Part shown: positions 10,346-22,915 of the stretch, one piece after another | How the letters are laid out: each line of letters begins with the position of its first letter | Position numbering within the stretch: the first letter of the stretch is position 1 | NCBI GenBank assembly: GCA_048538275.1 | Contig: JBLYPW010000004.1 | Location: forward strand, 7,567-71,566 | DNA: 64,000 bases | Direction of reading: 5' to 3' | From: Candidatus Komeilibacteria bacterium | GTDB lineage: Bacteria > Patescibacteriota > Patescibacteriia > UBA1558 | Translations under genes and position numbers: made by a program | Notes under the pieces: generated by a model | The model's database searches: none | What the model saw: the letters and a program-made list of their open reading frames with translations, nothing else | What the model was told of the DNA's origin: nothing

Positions 10346-10927
10346 ATGATTACATATTTACAAGGCACGGTAAAACTAAAAACAGATAAATATTTTTTGC
10401 TACTGGTAAACAATATTGGTTACCAGGTTTTTAGCAGCGAAACATTGCTCGCCGGACTGATTATTGACCAAGAAATGACAGTCTATACCCACCAATATGT
10501 TAAAGAAGACGCTTTAGATCTTTATGGTTTTGGCACTTTAGCAGAATTAGAATTTTTCCAACACCTTATCAATATATCCGGTGTCGGGCCAAAATCGGCT
10601 TTGGCAGTATTATCTCTAGCAAAATTGGATGACATAAAAAAAGCAATCTATAGAGGAGATCCTACCCTACTCAAAAAAGTATCTGGCATCGGCCAAAAAA
10701 CCGCCGAGCGCATCGTAGTGGAATTAAAAAATAAAATTACCGCACTAGCTACTGACTCTGGCTCCTTAACCGATGCAAACGGCGCTAATGAAGAGCTAAT
10801 TTCCGCCTTAGAAGCGCTGGGCTATAATATGACACAAATCCGACCAGCCCTCCAACACCTGCCAACAGATCTGCCGGATATCGCTCACCAAGTCAAAGCC
10901 GCTCTAAAAATCATTAACAATAAATGA
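10346..10927 (+). CDS. ruvA: Holliday junction DNA helicase subunit RuvA
   Basis: MITYLQGTVKL... start and HhH region GVGPKSALAVL. Confidence 0.9.
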   Translation: MITYLQGTVKLKTDKYFLLLVNNIGYQVFSSETLLAGLIIDQEMTVYTHQYVKEDALDLYGFGTLAELEFFQHLINISGVGPKSALAVLSLAKLDDIKKAIYRGDPTLLKKVSGIGQKTAERIVVELKNKITALATDSGSLTDANGANEELISALEALGYNMTQIRPALQHLPTDLPDIAHQVKAALKIINNK

Positions 10928-11952
10928 CTATGCGTCTAGTAGAATTTTATCAAGCTGACAGAGATTACTACAATGATTTTGTAGCCTCACAAAATGAATC
11001 ACAATTCCTACAAAGCTGGGCCTGGGGGGAATTTCAGCATGATCTTGGACGCAAGGTATGGCGAATCGGTTTTAAACGAAGCAACCAACTATTAGCCACC
11101 GCACAAATTATTAGCCATCCATTGAAAATGGATAAGAGCTATCTTTATATTCCACGCGGACCACTGTTTTTGCCCGGCTTAGACAAAACAACACAACAAG
11201 AAATTCTAGAATTACTACTGAGCAAATTACGCGATATTTGTTATGCTACCAAGCGAGAAAATGAAATATTTGTTCGCCTAGAGCCGGATAAAAATTGCGA
11301 TCGTCAAGCAATTCTCTCCCTCCCCCTACAAACGGTGCGGGCGCAGCAGCCTGAGCATTCCTGGCTACTTGATCTACAAATAGAAGAAAAAGATTTGCTA
11401 AAAAACATGCACCACAAAACTCGTTATAATATTAAGTTGGCAGAACGCAAGGGTGTTCATATTCGTCACAGCAACCGCCCTGTAGACCTTAATCATTTTC
11501 TTTATTTAGCAAAAATTACCGCCGCCCGAGCCGGTTTTTCCATCTGGCCAGACCATTATTATGAACAAATGCTAAAAAGCCTAAAATCATCTCAGATGGT
11601 TAGTCTTTGGCTAGCAGAATACAAAAAAATTCCACTCGTTGCTAACCTGGTTATCAATTTTGGCGATACTGTTACCTATTTACACGGCGCATCCGCCAAC
11701 AAACATAAAGAAATTATGGCCCCCCACCTGCTCCAATGGCAACAAATAAAATGGGCTAGGGAACAAGGCTATCAATATTATGACTTTTGGGGCGTTGCGC
11801 CCACTGGCACTGCCAAAGCCGAAGCCTGGCAAGGGATTACTCGCTTCAAACAAGGTTTTGGTGGCCGTCCAATCAAATATCCTGGTAGCTATGATTTTAT
11901 TTATTCCGCCGGTTGGTACAAACTGTACAACTTTATAAAAAAGCTAAGATGA
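10924..11952 (+). CDS. FemAB-family aminoacyltransferase (peptidoglycan interpeptide bridge formation)
   Basis: KTRYNIKLAERKGV and GxxxYLxGAS-like motifs. ATGA overlap with ruvA. Confidence 0.7.
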   Translation: MTMRLVEFYQADRDYYNDFVASQNESQFLQSWAWGEFQHDLGRKVWRIGFKRSNQLLATAQIISHPLKMDKSYLYIPRGPLFLPGLDKTTQQEILELLLSKLRDICYATKRENEIFVRLEPDKNCDRQAILSLPLQTVRAQQPEHSWLLDLQIEEKDLLKNMHHKTRYNIKLAERKGVHIRHSNRPVDLNHFLYLAKITAARAGFSIWPDHYYEQMLKSLKSSQMVSLWLAEYKKIPLVANLVINFGDTVTYLHGASANKHKEIMAPHLLQWQQIKWAREQGYQYYDFWGVAPTGTAKAEAWQGITRFKQGFGGRPIKYPGSYDFIYSAGWYKLYNFIKKLR

Positions 11953-13253
11953 ATGTTAAGGTAGTAGCAAAAAAAATTATCCCCCAATGGATATTTACAA
12001 TTTATCACTGGCTCCTAGCGGAGCTAGCTGCTTTATTGTACCGCTACCCTAGTAAAAAAATGACCGTTATTGGTGTGACCGGGACTAATGGCAAGAGCAC
12101 CACTGTTAATTTGTTAGGGCGCTGTCTGACCGAGGCCGGCTTTCGTGTAGGCTGGGCCACTACTATCAATTTTAAAATTGGTAGCCGCGAATGGCTCAAT
12201 ACAGCCAAAATGACCATGCTTGGCCGTTTCCAATTACAAAAAATATTACGCCAAATGGCCGACGCCAATTGTCGTTTTGCCATAATAGAAACATCCTCTG
12301 AGGGTATTAAGCAATATCGCCACCTAGGGATTGATTACGATGTGCTAGTATTTACCAATCTCACACCAGAACATATTGAAGCGCATGGCTCTTTTGCCAA
12401 CTATAAAACGGCGAAATTAAAATTATTCCGCCACCTAGAAAAAACCAAGAAAAAATACAAGAAAATTATTGCTAATTTAGATGATAAACACGCTGCTGAT
12501 TTTCTTAACTTTCACGTTAGTGACAAAATAGGTTTTAGTCTCACCGGCAAAGAAAGCAAGTTGGTAGATAATACCTATCAAGCTATAAATATTGCCAGCG
12601 ATGCTAACGGGAGTCATTGGCAAATAGACGATCGTCAATTCCACATAAGCCTAGTAGGGCGCTTTCACATATACAATGCCACGACAGCGGCGGTAGCTGC
12701 CAAAGCCCTGGGCATTGATTTTAAAACCTCGGCCAATGCCCTAAAAAAAATAACCAGCATTCCTGGACGTATGGAATTTATAAATACCGGACAAAATTTT
12801 CTAGCTCTTATAGATTATGCTCCCGAACCAGAGGCCTTAAAAAATCTTTATCAAGCTATAGATAAAATTCAATACAAGAAATTAATACATGTTCTAGGAT
12901 CTTGTGGCGGCGGGCGCGACCGCGCCCGCCGACCCATTCTTGGTCAAATGGCTGCCACCAAAGCAGATATCATTATAATTACCAATGAAGATCCTTATGA
13001 TGACGATCCTAATGAAATTATAAAAGAAGTGGCTGATGGCGCGGATAATGTTGCGCGCTTATCGGGTAAAAAAGTTTATCAAATTGAAGATCGTCGTGAA
13101 GCTATTGCTAAAGCAGTATCATTAGCCAAACCTAATGACTTAGTACTAATAACCGGCAAAGGAGCTGAACAAGCTATTTGCGTAGCTGGTGGCAAAAAAA
13201 TACCTTGGGATGACCGCAATGTACTACGTGAAGAGATTGAGAAATTGTCTTGA
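11949..13253 (+). CDS. murE: Mur ligase family protein (MurE-like UDP-MurNAc-tripeptide synthetase)
   Basis: P-loop VIGVTGTNGKSTT, Mur ligase middle and C-terminal domains. ATGA overlap with the upstream gene. The ORF is open from 11913. Confidence 0.7.
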   Translation: MNVKVVAKKIIPQWIFTIYHWLLAELAALLYRYPSKKMTVIGVTGTNGKSTTVNLLGRCLTEAGFRVGWATTINFKIGSREWLNTAKMTMLGRFQLQKILRQMADANCRFAIIETSSEGIKQYRHLGIDYDVLVFTNLTPEHIEAHGSFANYKTAKLKLFRHLEKTKKKYKKIIANLDDKHAADFLNFHVSDKIGFSLTGKESKLVDNTYQAINIASDANGSHWQIDDRQFHISLVGRFHIYNATTAAVAAKALGIDFKTSANALKKITSIPGRMEFINTGQNFLALIDYAPEPEALKNLYQAIDKIQYKKLIHVLGSCGGGRDRARRPILGQMAATKADIIIITNEDPYDDDPNEIIKEVADGADNVARLSGKKVYQIEDRREAIAKAVSLAKPNDLVLITGKGAEQAICVAGGKKIPWDDRNVLREEIEKLS

Positions 13254-13317
13254 TCGCTTATGATAGCTTTGTTTTTTCTTATAAAACCGTGTCCCAACAA
13301 AAGTTCGTATAATAAGC

Positions 13318-13448
13318 AGTTAGCCAAAATCGCTCCGCTCTTTGGCTAATGTAGCGCGGATACCTCCGCTGTTATCCTCTCGGTCGCTTCGCTATTTGAT
13401 GAAAGGCTTCCTGATAACAAAAAGAGCGGTATTTTACCGCTCTTTTCA
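13318..13448 (+). ncRNA. Candidate small structured RNA between convergent genes
   Basis: TATAAT at 13305..13310. Nested hairpins UUAGCCAAA/UUUGGCUAA and UGUUAUC/GAUAACA. A long-range CCGCUCUUU/AAAGAGCGG pairing. Ends in terminator 13418..13448. No ORF. Confidence 0.25.
13418..13448. terminator. Bidirectional rho-independent terminator AAGAGCGGT/ACCGCTCTT
   Basis: 9-bp stem flanked by an A-run on the left and a T-run on the right, between convergent genes. Confidence 0.7.
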
Positions 13449-13459
13449 ATTGTTCTGAT

Positions 13460-14191
13460 TTAGGTACGAAGATGTCGCCACATAAACCAATTTGCCGGAT
13501 GCAAATAAGCGCTAAACACGCCAAACACAACCGCCGCAATAAACATTACCAACAAAGATAAAAATGACACTAAAAAGTGCACCATGATAGCCAAGGCTCC
13601 GGCCACAAAGATTGCCAACAACCAATTAACCGAGGCCAGCGTCATGGTCATAATGGCCAATACCAATGCCGATAGCGCATAGCCGGTATACCTGCCGCCG
13701 GCTATGATAATTTCTGCCACCAAATGCCACACATTCACATCAATATTTTCCAACTCAATAGCAATAACTGTTTTGCTGATTCCCCAGATAACGGTCACAA
13801 GTATTACCCAATAAAACCAAGATAGCCCTTGCCAACCGTAATGAGAATAATGAATAGCTACCGTCAAACCAATCAATACCACGAACAAGATAATACTAAA
13901 TAGCCGATCTTGCCAATCTCGCACACCGCTATTTGCTAAAAAATCAACCGCATGAAAAGAAAATAAAAATAAAACAGCTCCCGACAATGGCATCAAAAAA
14001 ACAATGGTCCATTGTGGTACTAGCCAAATATAAACCTGCTCCACGCCAACAGCGCTATGCCAAGTTATGTACCACCAATCATTAGGATCTGCCCAACCAA
14101 GAGCAGGCCAATCCCAACTAGCTAAAAAATACATTGTCTGGCCTAGAGCCAAAAGGCAAAAAACCCAACCATATTTCTTGATAAACTCCAT
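13460..14191 (-). CDS. Hypothetical polytopic membrane protein (Trp-rich, about 7 TM)
   Basis: 243 aa, hydrophobic throughout. No family recognised. Confidence 0.55.
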   Translation of the reverse strand: MEFIKKYGWVFCLLALGQTMYFLASWDWPALGWADPNDWWYITWHSAVGVEQVYIWLVPQWTIVFLMPLSGAVLFLFSFHAVDFLANSGVRDWQDRLFSIILFVVLIGLTVAIHYSHYGWQGLSWFYWVILVTVIWGISKTVIAIELENIDVNVWHLVAEIIIAGGRYTGYALSALVLAIMTMTLASVNWLLAIFVAGALAIMVHFLVSFLSLLVMFIAAVVFGVFSAYLHPANWFMWRHLRT

Positions 14192-14265
14192 CTTTCCCTC
14201 CTACAAATTTTCAAGGTTATTATTACCTAAAGGATACGCTATTGCTAGAGAAAAAGTCAATTTTC

Positions 14266-14306
14266 TGAAAAAACAAAAAGAGGAACGTTTCACGCCCCTC
14301 TTTTAA
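14266..14306 (-). terminator. Terminator hairpin AAGAGG/CCTCTT flanked by A- and T-runs
   Basis: Read on the minus strand, the stem is followed by TTTTTGTTTTTT. Located 3' of CDS 14316..14987. Confidence 0.55.
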
Positions 14307-14315
14307 CTTAGTAGC

Positions 14316-14987
14316 TTATTTTACTATTAGTTTCGCGCTTAAACGAATAATAAAATAAGAAATGTAAGATACCAGCCCTAACCAGAATGTTTCCACAATC
14401 AGCAACCAAATGATGACGAAGATCATTTTACCGGTAGTGGCTACAACAGTTGTTAAAACCATGTCTTTACCATCCCAGCCATATCTGGCGAACAGAAAAG
14501 GATTATCCGTAAGATCTTTGGCGCGCTGTACAGTTCTGTAAGTGACCTTGGTATAAGCGTCCCATTTTTGAGACACCAATACAAAAGTAAAGTCATAGCC
14601 ATCGCCCCTGACATAACGCAGCTGCCAGGCAAAACTTGGATCAAGTTTCACAATTCTGCGAAATATATTCTCTGGGACATAATCAAGTTGTTCGCTTGAT
14701 CTTAAAAATTTTATCATCAGAGAATCGGTCAACCGAGCGGTTTGCGCCTGCAAAATTATATTATACATGGAAGAGTCAGCGCGCAAAGAATCTCCTACCA
14801 CATAGCTTGCTCCATCCTGTAGAACGGCCGCCTGATAATCCGCACCATAGTCCTGAATGTGCGACACAGTAACAAAATTAAAAAAAAGGAGCGTCGGCAC
14901 AATCCATAATTTGTTTAACCTTTTGATCTCATTCATCTGTTCACCCTCCTTATAAGGATTTGATTTTAAAAGTCCATTATTAATCAA
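14316..14987 (-). CDS. Hypothetical protein with N-terminal signal/anchor and C-terminal TM
   Basis: 223 aa ORF. Hydrophobic N-terminus LWIVPTLLFFNFVTV. Confidence 0.5.
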   Translation of the reverse strand: MINNGLLKSNPYKEGEQMNEIKRLNKLWIVPTLLFFNFVTVSHIQDYGADYQAAVLQDGASYVVGDSLRADSSMYNIILQAQTARLTDSLMIKFLRSSEQLDYVPENIFRRIVKLDPSFAWQLRYVRGDGYDFTFVLVSQKWDAYTKVTYRTVQRAKDLTDNPFLFARYGWDGKDMVLTTVVATTGKMIFVIIWLLIVETFWLGLVSYISYFIIRLSAKLIVK

Positions 14988-15244
14988 CGGTTTTGTTAAT
15001 TAATATAATAAAATAGCATAACAGCTTATCTTTGTCAATACCTACATACACTTAAATAAAAAATATTGGACAAAAAACGGTGACTAAATAACTATTCACA
15101 CTTGTACACTACTAACTGTGGATAACCTGATGAAAAAAAGCTAATTTTAGGGTTGTTTAATCAAGATTTGACAAAAAGCCGCGGCCTGCTCAATGATTTT
15201 TTTAGCTAACTTTAGCCTCAAAATAAAAATTAGCTCCGATACCC

Positions 15245-15273
15245 TTGACGAATAAGTAATTTTCGGCTAATAT
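15245..15273 (+). promoter_or_regulatory. Sigma70-like promoter upstream of rpoB: TTGACG, 17 nt spacer, TAATAT
   Basis: Near-consensus hexamers with 17-nt spacing, about 170 nt upstream of the rpoB start. Confidence 0.5.
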
Positions 15274-15440
15274 TTAGTCATGTTTCTTGGGGGTAAATCT
15301 ATAATTTAAGGGCAAAAGAATATAAAATAACTCGTCCATTTGTTGGAGGAGATTTTTTTGTCTATAAATTATTATTCTCCACGCAAACAAAAACTATCAA
15401 TACATTCTTCTCTTTTTTTTAATATTAAAAGCCCTCCCAT

Positions 15441-18400
15441 ATGCCTAGCCACCCTCTCGGCGAGAGAAAGTATTTCACGCCGCTTCGTGATTTTTTGCCC
15501 TTGCCTGATTTAATTCAAGTGCAAAAAGACTCCTTCAAATGGTTTTTTGCTGATGGTATCAAAGAACTTTTTGAAGAAGTAAACCCGATTAAAGATTACA
15601 TCGGCCGTAATCTTGAGCTCTATCTCTTGGACTACTATCTAGATGAACCAAAGTTTGACGAAGTCACCGCTCGCTCTCGTAACATAACTTACGAAGCTCC
15701 TTTGCGCGTACAAGTACGTTTGGTGAATAAAAAAACCGGCGAAATTAAAGAACAAGAAATTTTCTTAGGCGACTTCCCCTTGATGACAAATCGTGGGACT
15801 TTTATCGTTAATGGCGTAGAGCGCGTAGTCGTATCCCAATTGATTCGCTCAGCCGGCGTTTTCTTCACCTCTACTCCTTTTCGTGCTAAGCGCTTATATG
15901 GTGCTAAAATTATACCCAACCGTGGAGCCTGGCTAGAGTTAGAAACCGAATCCAATGGCGCTATTATGGTAAAAATAGATCGCAAACGTAAAGTGGCAAT
16001 AACAGCTCTATTACGCGCTTTTGGTTTTAATAGCGACGCTGAAATATTACAAACTTTTGCTGATGTAGATGTAGACCCTGATCTCAAATATTTAGAAAAA
16101 ACTATTGCTAAGGATTCTTCCAAAACAGAGGAGGAAGGTTTGATTGAAATTTACAAACGCATTCGTCCGGGAGATCTCGCTACCGCCGATAATGCGCGCA
16201 GCTTAATCCACGCCATGTTCTTCAACTTTGATCGTTATGACTTTGGACCAGTGGGACGCTATAAACTCAACAAACGTTTTGACACCAACTATCCGATTGA
16301 TAAAGAACACCGCGTTTTATTAGTAGATGATTTAGTCAGAATTATTAAAGAAATTATTCGCCTAAACATTACCCAAGAAGATGCTGATGACATTGATCAC
16401 TTGGGCAATCGCCGCGTACGTGCTATCGGTGAACTTATTCAAAATAAATTCCGTGTCGGCTTGGCTCGCATGGAACGTATTATCAAGGATCGCATGAGCA
16501 CTTTGGATATTCATACTCTGACTCCCAACCAGCTGATAAATGCCCGTCCGGTAATTGGCACCATCAAAGAATTTTTCATGAGCTCACAGTTGTCCCAATT
16601 CATGGATCAAACCAATCCTTTATCAGAATTAGAGCATAAGCGCCGTCTATCCGCTATGGGACCAGGTGGTCTATCGCGAGAAAGGGCTGGTTTTGAAGTG
16701 CGTGACGTACATCGCACCCACTATGGTCGCATTTGTCCGATTGCTACGCCAGAAGGACCAAATATTGGTTTGGTTGGTCACCTGTCTTCTCATGCTCGTA
16801 TAAACCAATATGGCTTCATTGAAACTCCTTACAGAAAAGTGGTACACGACCCAATTAATAACGGCAGCGCCGCTATTGGTTATATTACTCGCCAAGATGT
16901 CCTTGACCCAGACAATAACAAAACTATCATTAAGGTAAATACAGAAATAACAGAAAAGATCGCTACTGAGCTGGCAAACTATGCTAATATCAAGACTATT
17001 CCTGTTAAGCCGGTGGTAACAAATGAAGTAGAATATGTAGATGCTTTTAATGAAGAGCGTTCTGTAACCGCTTCCGCTACTACACCTATCAATGAAGATG
17101 GTTCTTTTGCTGTTGATTATACTGAAGTTCGTTATCACGGCAAACCGTCCTTTGAAAAAGTAGAAGTGATTGACTACATAGACGTTTCGCCTTATCAAAT
17201 CATTAGCATATCTACTGCCATGATTCCGTTCGTAGAAAATGATGATGCTGTTCGTGCCTTAATGGGAACAAACATGCAACGTCAAGCTGTTTCTGTCATT
17301 CGTCCTCAAGCGCCCGTAGTCGGCACTGGTATTGAAAGTCGCGCCGCTTACGATTCTGGTCAAGTTATCATCGCTCAAGAAGATGGCGAAATTGTCGGTG
17401 TACAATCTGACAAAATTACTATCAAGGATAAAGAAGATAATATACATGAATACCCTCTAAACAAATTCCTGCGCTCTAATGCTGGAACCTCTATAAATCA
17501 ACGTCCGCTTGTAAATAAGGGCGACAAAGTGAAAACTGGCGAAGTTATCGCCGACGGCGCTGCTACTGACTATGGAGAGCTAGCACTTGGACAAAATATT
17601 TTGGTGGCCTTTATGCCTTGGGATGGCGGTAATTATGAAGACGCGGTTTTGCTATCTGAAAGATTGGTACAGGACGATCGCTATACCTCTATTCATATTG
17701 AGGACTATTCCATAGACGTACGCGATACCAAACTAGGACCAGAAATTATTACTAGAGATATTCCTAATGTTAGTGAAGAAAAATTAAAAGATTTAGATGC
17801 TAATGGCGTTATTCGTATCGGCGCAGAAGTCAGTTCCGGCGATATTTTGGTGGGCAAAATTACTCCCAAAGGCGAGACCGAGCTTTCTGCCGAAGAAAAG
17901 TTATTGCGCGCTATTTTTGGCGAAAAAGCAAAAGACGTTCGTGACACATCTTTATATTTAGAACATGGTGAACACGGTAAAATAATTGATATCAAAGTCT
18001 TTTCCCGAGAAAAAGGTGATAAGTTACCAGCCGGCGTTATTCAAACTATTCAAGTTACTATTGCGCAACTACGCAAAATTCAAGTCGGCGACAAAATGGC
18101 TGGCCGTCACGGTAATAAAGGCGTCATCTCTCGTATAATTCCGGTATCTGACATGCCTTTCTTAGAAGATGGCACTCCGGTTGACATTATTCTCAATCCC
18201 TTAGGCGTCATCTCTCGTATGAACCTCGGACAATTGCTGGAAACACACCTGGGTTTAGCCGCCAAGACATTAAACTACCGCGTTGCTACGCCGCCGCTCA
18301 ATGGCGTAAAGCCAGAACAAATTCAAGCAGAATTGGTAAAAGCAGGTTATCCCGACGATGGAAAACTACAATTATTTGATGGTCGCACCGGCCAACCCTT

Positions 18401-18863
18401 TGATAAAAAAACAGTGGTTGGCATTATCTACATGTTAAAACTAAATCATTTAGTGGAAGATAAGATACACCAACGTTCTATCGGGCCATACTCCTTAGTA
18501 ACGCAACAACCGCTAGGCGGTAAAGCGCAGTTTGGTGGCCAGCGTTTTGGTGAAATGGAGGTCTGGGCTTTAGAAGCTTATGGCGCCGCACATGCATTAC
18601 AAGAAATTTTGACAATTAAATCAGATGACGTGCCCGGTCGTAGCAAAGCCTATGAATCCATTATTAAAGGCGAGCCGATTCGTAAAGTCAATATTCCAGA
18701 ATCATTCAATGTCTTGGTCAGAGAATTAAAAGGATTGGCTTTGGATGTAGAGCTGATCAAACCAAAGAATGCAAAAATAAAGGTCGTTCCCGAAGAGGAG
18801 GTAGAGGAAACAGGCGAAGAAGAAAAAGAGAGCAAGTCAGAAACAAGCAAAGATAAAGAATAA
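15441..18863 (+). CDS. rpoB: DNA-directed RNA polymerase subunit beta
   Basis: 1140 aa, conserved throughout ([21 protein letters not shown]-like). Acidic C-terminal tail. Confidence 0.97.
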   Translation: MPSHPLGERKYFTPLRDFLPLPDLIQVQKDSFKWFFADGIKELFEEVNPIKDYIGRNLELYLLDYYLDEPKFDEVTARSRNITYEAPLRVQVRLVNKKTGEIKEQEIFLGDFPLMTNRGTFIVNGVERVVVSQLIRSAGVFFTSTPFRAKRLYGAKIIPNRGAWLELETESNGAIMVKIDRKRKVAITALLRAFGFNSDAEILQTFADVDVDPDLKYLEKTIAKDSSKTEEEGLIEIYKRIRPGDLATADNARSLIHAMFFNFDRYDFGPVGRYKLNKRFDTNYPIDKEHRVLLVDDLVRIIKEIIRLNITQEDADDIDHLGNRRVRAIGELIQNKFRVGLARMERIIKDRMSTLDIHTLTPNQLINARPVIGTIKEFFMSSQLSQFMDQTNPLSELEHKRRLSAMGPGGLSRERAGFEVRDVHRTHYGRICPIATPEGPNIGLVGHLSSHARINQYGFIETPYRKVVHDPINNGSAAIGYITRQDVLDPDNNKTIIKVNTEITEKIATELANYANIKTIPVKPVVTNEVEYVDAFNEERSVTASATTPINEDGSFAVDYTEVRYHGKPSFEKVEVIDYIDVSPYQIISISTAMIPFVENDDAVRALMGTNMQRQAVSVIRPQAPVVGTGIESRAAYDSGQVIIAQEDGEIVGVQSDKITIKDKEDNIHEYPLNKFLRSNAGTSINQRPLVNKGDKVKTGEVIADGAATDYGELALGQNILVAFMPWDGGNYEDAVLLSERLVQDDRYTSIHIEDYSIDVRDTKLGPEIITRDIPNVSEEKLKDLDANGVIRIGAEVSSGDILVGKITPKGETELSAEEKLLRAIFGEKAKDVRDTSLYLEHGEHGKIIDIKVFSREKGDKLPAGVIQTIQVTIAQLRKIQVGDKMAGRHGNKGVISRIIPVSDMPFLEDGTPVDIILNPLGVISRMNLGQLLETHLGLAAKTLNYRVATPPLNGVKPEQIQAELVKAGYPDDGKLQLFDGRTGQPFDKKTVVGIIYMLKLNHLVEDKIHQRSIGPYSLVTQQPLGGKAQFGGQRFGEMEVWALEAYGAAHALQEILTIKSDDVPGRSKAYESIIKGEPIRKVNIPESFNVLVRELKGLALDVELIKPKNAKIKVVPEEEVEETGEEEKESKSETSKDKE

Positions 18864-18905
18864 AACTTCATTATAAATTACTAGCAAATTTTTAAAACCT
18901 ATCAT

Positions 18906-21900
18906 ATGCCAACTCCATCATCAACCAAAACTACTATGTTTGACTCCGAAACAACGGCCGACATAGCCTTTGACGCCATCAAGCTCAAACTAGCCAGTCC
19001 CGAACAAATCCACAAATGGTCACATGGCGAAGTTACCAAACCAGAAACCATTAATTATCGTACGCAAAAACCAGAAAAAGATGGTTTGTTTTGCGAAAAA
19101 ATATTCGGCCCCTCCAAAGACTGGGAATGTTATTGTGGCAAATATAAACGTATCCGCTATAAAGGTATTGTCTGCGACAAGTGTGGCGTGGAAGTAACTC
19201 GTGCCATAGTGCGTCGCGAACGCATGGGTCATATTGATCTAGCTTGCCCGGTATCCCACATTTGGTTCTTGCGCGGCATTCCTTCTCGCATCGGTTTAAT
19301 TTTAAATATGTCCAGCCAAGAACTGGAAAAAGTCATTTATTTTGCTTCCTTTATTATAACTTCAGTAGATGAAGAGCTGCGCGAACAAACTATGAATCAA
19401 ATCAAAGGAGAGCTAAAGAGTAAACACAAGGCTATAGAAAATGAATTCAGTCAAAAAAGTGCTAATTTAAAAAAACAGCTAGCCGATAAACCAGATAAAG
19501 AAATCAATGCCCAACTAGCTCCTTTGGAAGAAATTCGCGATAACAAATTAACCCACTTGCAAGAGGCGGCTGATCGCGCTAAAAAAGAACTGCGCGACTT
19601 AAAACCACATCAAATTATATCAGAAGCTCAATATCAGGATTTATCCATGAAATATGGTCATGTTTTCAAAGCCAGTATTGGCGCGGAAGCTGTGCGTCAA
19701 TTATTAAGCGAGGTTGATCTAGAAAAATTGGTTAAACAATTGGAAAAAGAAAAATTAGATGCCATACCCTCTAAACTGAAAAAAATTACCAGACGATTAA
19801 AGTTAATTAAAAATTTACTTTTAAACAATATCCGACCTGAATGGATGGTGCTAACTGCTATTCCTATCATTCCGCCAGACCTACGTCCCATGGTGGCTTT
19901 GGATGGTGGTCGTTTTGCTACCTCTGACCTCAATGACCTCTATCGTCGTGTGATCAATCGTAATAACCGTTTAAAAAGATTGAAAGAATTAAACGCGCCA
20001 GAAGTTATTCAACGTAATGAAAAACGTATGCTGCAGGAAGCAGTAGACGCATTAATTGACAATAATGCTCGTCGCAGCAAAACCGTAACCGCTTCTACCG
20101 GCCAAAAGCGTACGCTTAAAAGCATTGCTGACATGCTCAAGGGAAAACAAGGTCGTTTCCGCCAAAACTTATTAGGTAAACGTATTGATTATTCTGGTCG
20201 CTCTGTTATTGTCGCTGGTCCAAAACTCAAAATTGGCGAATGCGGTTTGCCTAAAATTATGGCCCTAGAATTGTTCCGACCATTTGTAATTTCCGAACTA
20301 ATCAAACTAGAATTAGTACACAATGTTCGTTCTGCTAATCGCTATATAGAACAGGACCATCCTGAGGTATGGGATATTCTAGAAAACATAACAAAAAAAG
20401 CTTTCGTCATGTTAAATCGCGCCCCTACCTTACACCGTCTTGGTATTCAAGCTTTCCGACCACGACTTATTGAGGGCAAAGCTATTCAAATTCATCCCAT
20501 GGTATGTAAAGCTTTCAATGCTGATTTTGACGGTGATCAAATGGCCGTGCATGTTCCGCTAACAGAAGAGGCTAAGCAAGAGGCAGCCGAACTAATGCAT
20601 TCTGTAAAAAATATACTTAAGCCAGCTACCGGCGATCCAATCGTTTCTCCTGACCAAGATATTGTTTGGGGCAGTTATTATTTAACTTATGACAGCGGTA
20701 TTAAAAGCGAACATCCTAAGGCTTTCTCTGACTTTAATGAAGCAAAGCTAGCTTATGACAATGAAATAATTTCTTTACACGAAGTTATTAAGGTAAGGAT
20801 TAACAAAAAATTGGAAGACACTACCATCGGACGATTGATATTTAACTCTATTTTACCCACCGAACTCGGTTTTATAAATCGTACACTAAAATCAAGCGAT
20901 CTGCGTAATATCATTGGCGTGTCATTTGCTAAAGCTGGCCGCGAGAAAACTATTGAATTATTAGATAATTTAAAAGATATGGCCTATGGCTATATCACAC
21001 AATCCGGTCTTTCTTGGGGCATTGCTGATATACCAATTGTCAGCAGTAAAGGAGCTATGATAACCAATGGTGAAAAACAAGTAGAGGCCATCCAACAACA
21101 ATACAATGAAGGTCTGCTTACTAATCGCGAACGACGCGTAAAGGTTATTGAAACTTGGAATGAGGTAAAAAATGATATTACCGAGTCAAGCAAACAATCT
21201 TTTGATTCAAACTCCAGTCTTTATTCTATCATCAATTCAGGGGCGCGCGGATCTTGGGCACAGCTTATCCAAATCATGGGCATGAAAGGCTCTGTAGTAA
21301 ACCCAGCTGGTGAAATTATTGAGCTGCCTATCAAAGCCAATTTCCGTGAAGGTCTGGATGTACTGGAATACTTTATTTCCACTCACGGTGCTCGTAAAGG
21401 ATTATCCGACACTGCCTTGCGTACGGCTAGCGCCGGTTACCTAACTCGCCGCCTAGTGGACGTCTCCCAAGACCTTGTTATTACTGAAGACGATTGTAAA
21501 GATAAAGAAGGACTACACCTAACTCTAAAAGATGCTGATGATATTGGCGAGCCCTTGGGCAAGCTAATACTAGGACGTACTACTATTGGTGATATTAAAG
21601 ATGCTAAGGGCAAAATCATAGTAAAAAATGGTCAAATCATAGATAATGAAGCGGTAGAAAAAATAGTAGCCGATAAGCTGCCAGAGGTGACTATTCGTTC
21701 TAATATGACTTGTAAAACCGTGCGCGGTTTATGCGCTAAATGTTATGGCTGGGACTTAGCTTACAACACCCCCATAAAACAAGGCGTAGCCGTTGGTATT
21801 ATCGCCGCGCAAAGTATTGGCGAGCCAGGCACGCAGCTAACTATGAGAACTTTTCATACTGGCGGCGTTGCAGCTACTGGCGATATTACTCAAGGTTTGC

Positions 21901-22772
21901 CGCGTGTAGAAGAATTATTTGAAGCTAGACAACCAAAGAAAAAGGCTATCATCGCTCAAGAAGACGGCGTTGTGATGATTGATCCCAAAGCGGAAATGAG
22001 CATTCGCCGAGAGCGCGTTATCCAATACAAATATCATGGACCTGCACTAGAATCACATCTCACACACGAAGATTATGAAATAGTGGTTAAAGAAAACCAA
22101 GCTATAAAAGCCGGCGATGTCTTATTAAAACATCGTAGTAGTGACAAAACCATAGTCGCTAAAAATAGCGGCTTGGCTCGCATTCATAATTCTGAAATTG
22201 AGGTTTATGAAGATAAAGATGGTATTAAAGACATTGTCATACCGCCTGGCTATAGTTTGTGGGTAAAAGACGGCGACGAACTTAAAGCCGGTGATCCTAT
22301 TACTGAGGGCAGTATTGATCTACATGAATTATATCTCTATAAGGGCAGGCGTTCTACAGAAAAATACGTGATTAAAGAAATTATGTGGATCTATTCATCA
22401 CAGGGACAAAAAATCAACATGAAACACATTGAAGCTATTATTCGCCAAATGTTTTCACGTGTCTATATAACTGATCCGGGCGATACTAATCTGCTACCCG
22501 GTGACGTTGTGACTGTTTCTGAATTCACTGAAGAAAACTTGGCTGTCAAAGAAAGTAAAGGTCAAGAAGCTAAAGGCAATATTATTCTACTCGGCATTAC
22601 CAAAGCATCGCTCAGTACTGATAGTTGGTTATCAGCCGCTTCCTTCCAAGAAACAGCTCGCGTTTTGATAGACGCCGCTATCACCGGTAAAATTGACAAA
22701 CTTAAAGGCTTGAAAGAAAATGTTATTATCGGGCGATTAATTCCGGCCGGTACCGGTTTTCACAAAGACTAA
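18906..22772 (+). CDS. rpoC: DNA-directed RNA polymerase subunit beta'
   Basis: 1288 aa. Zn finger [23 protein letters not shown] and the catalytic [12 protein letters not shown] motif. Confidence 0.97.
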   Translation: MPTPSSTKTTMFDSETTADIAFDAIKLKLASPEQIHKWSHGEVTKPETINYRTQKPEKDGLFCEKIFGPSKDWECYCGKYKRIRYKGIVCDKCGVEVTRAIVRRERMGHIDLACPVSHIWFLRGIPSRIGLILNMSSQELEKVIYFASFIITSVDEELREQTMNQIKGELKSKHKAIENEFSQKSANLKKQLADKPDKEINAQLAPLEEIRDNKLTHLQEAADRAKKELRDLKPHQIISEAQYQDLSMKYGHVFKASIGAEAVRQLLSEVDLEKLVKQLEKEKLDAIPSKLKKITRRLKLIKNLLLNNIRPEWMVLTAIPIIPPDLRPMVALDGGRFATSDLNDLYRRVINRNNRLKRLKELNAPEVIQRNEKRMLQEAVDALIDNNARRSKTVTASTGQKRTLKSIADMLKGKQGRFRQNLLGKRIDYSGRSVIVAGPKLKIGECGLPKIMALELFRPFVISELIKLELVHNVRSANRYIEQDHPEVWDILENITKKAFVMLNRAPTLHRLGIQAFRPRLIEGKAIQIHPMVCKAFNADFDGDQMAVHVPLTEEAKQEAAELMHSVKNILKPATGDPIVSPDQDIVWGSYYLTYDSGIKSEHPKAFSDFNEAKLAYDNEIISLHEVIKVRINKKLEDTTIGRLIFNSILPTELGFINRTLKSSDLRNIIGVSFAKAGREKTIELLDNLKDMAYGYITQSGLSWGIADIPIVSSKGAMITNGEKQVEAIQQQYNEGLLTNRERRVKVIETWNEVKNDITESSKQSFDSNSSLYSIINSGARGSWAQLIQIMGMKGSVVNPAGEIIELPIKANFREGLDVLEYFISTHGARKGLSDTALRTASAGYLTRRLVDVSQDLVITEDDCKDKEGLHLTLKDADDIGEPLGKLILGRTTIGDIKDAKGKIIVKNGQIIDNEAVEKIVADKLPEVTIRSNMTCKTVRGLCAKCYGWDLAYNTPIKQGVAVGIIAAQSIGEPGTQLTMRTFHTGGVAATGDITQGLPRVEELFEARQPKKKAIIAQEDGVVMIDPKAEMSIRRERVIQYKYHGPALESHLTHEDYEIVVKENQAIKAGDVLLKHRSSDKTIVAKNSGLARIHNSEIEVYEDKDGIKDIVIPPGYSLWVKDGDELKAGDPITEGSIDLHELYLYKGRRSTEKYVIKEIMWIYSSQGQKINMKHIEAIIRQMFSRVYITDPGDTNLLPGDVVTVSEFTEENLAVKESKGQEAKGNIILLGITKASLSTDSWLSAASFQETARVLIDAAITGKIDKLKGLKENVIIGRLIPAGTGFHKD

Positions 22773-22790
22773 TCAGAAATTTACTTCGTT

Positions 22791-22818
22791 AAAACCCCCT
22801 GTTTTAAGGGGGTTTTTA
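22791..22818 (+). terminator. Rho-independent terminator AACCCCCT/AGGGGGTT plus T-run
   Basis: Directly after the rpoC stop. Confidence 0.8.
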
Positions 22819-22915
22819 TGTTGTAAAAAAACTCTACAAATGTTAAAATATACAAGCCTGAAAGCCAAATAAACATTCACAATATCAGGTTGTTGATTAA
22901 TCTTTGAAAAACATT

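Noticed and set aside
15689-19933. Several 60-175 aa antisense or alternate-frame ORFs inside rpoB and rpoC (e.g. 15689-16123, 16671-17198, 19697-19933)
   Set aside because: They are embedded in highly conserved, confidently called genes and are Ser/Arg/Ile-rich with no start context. Typical spurious shadows.
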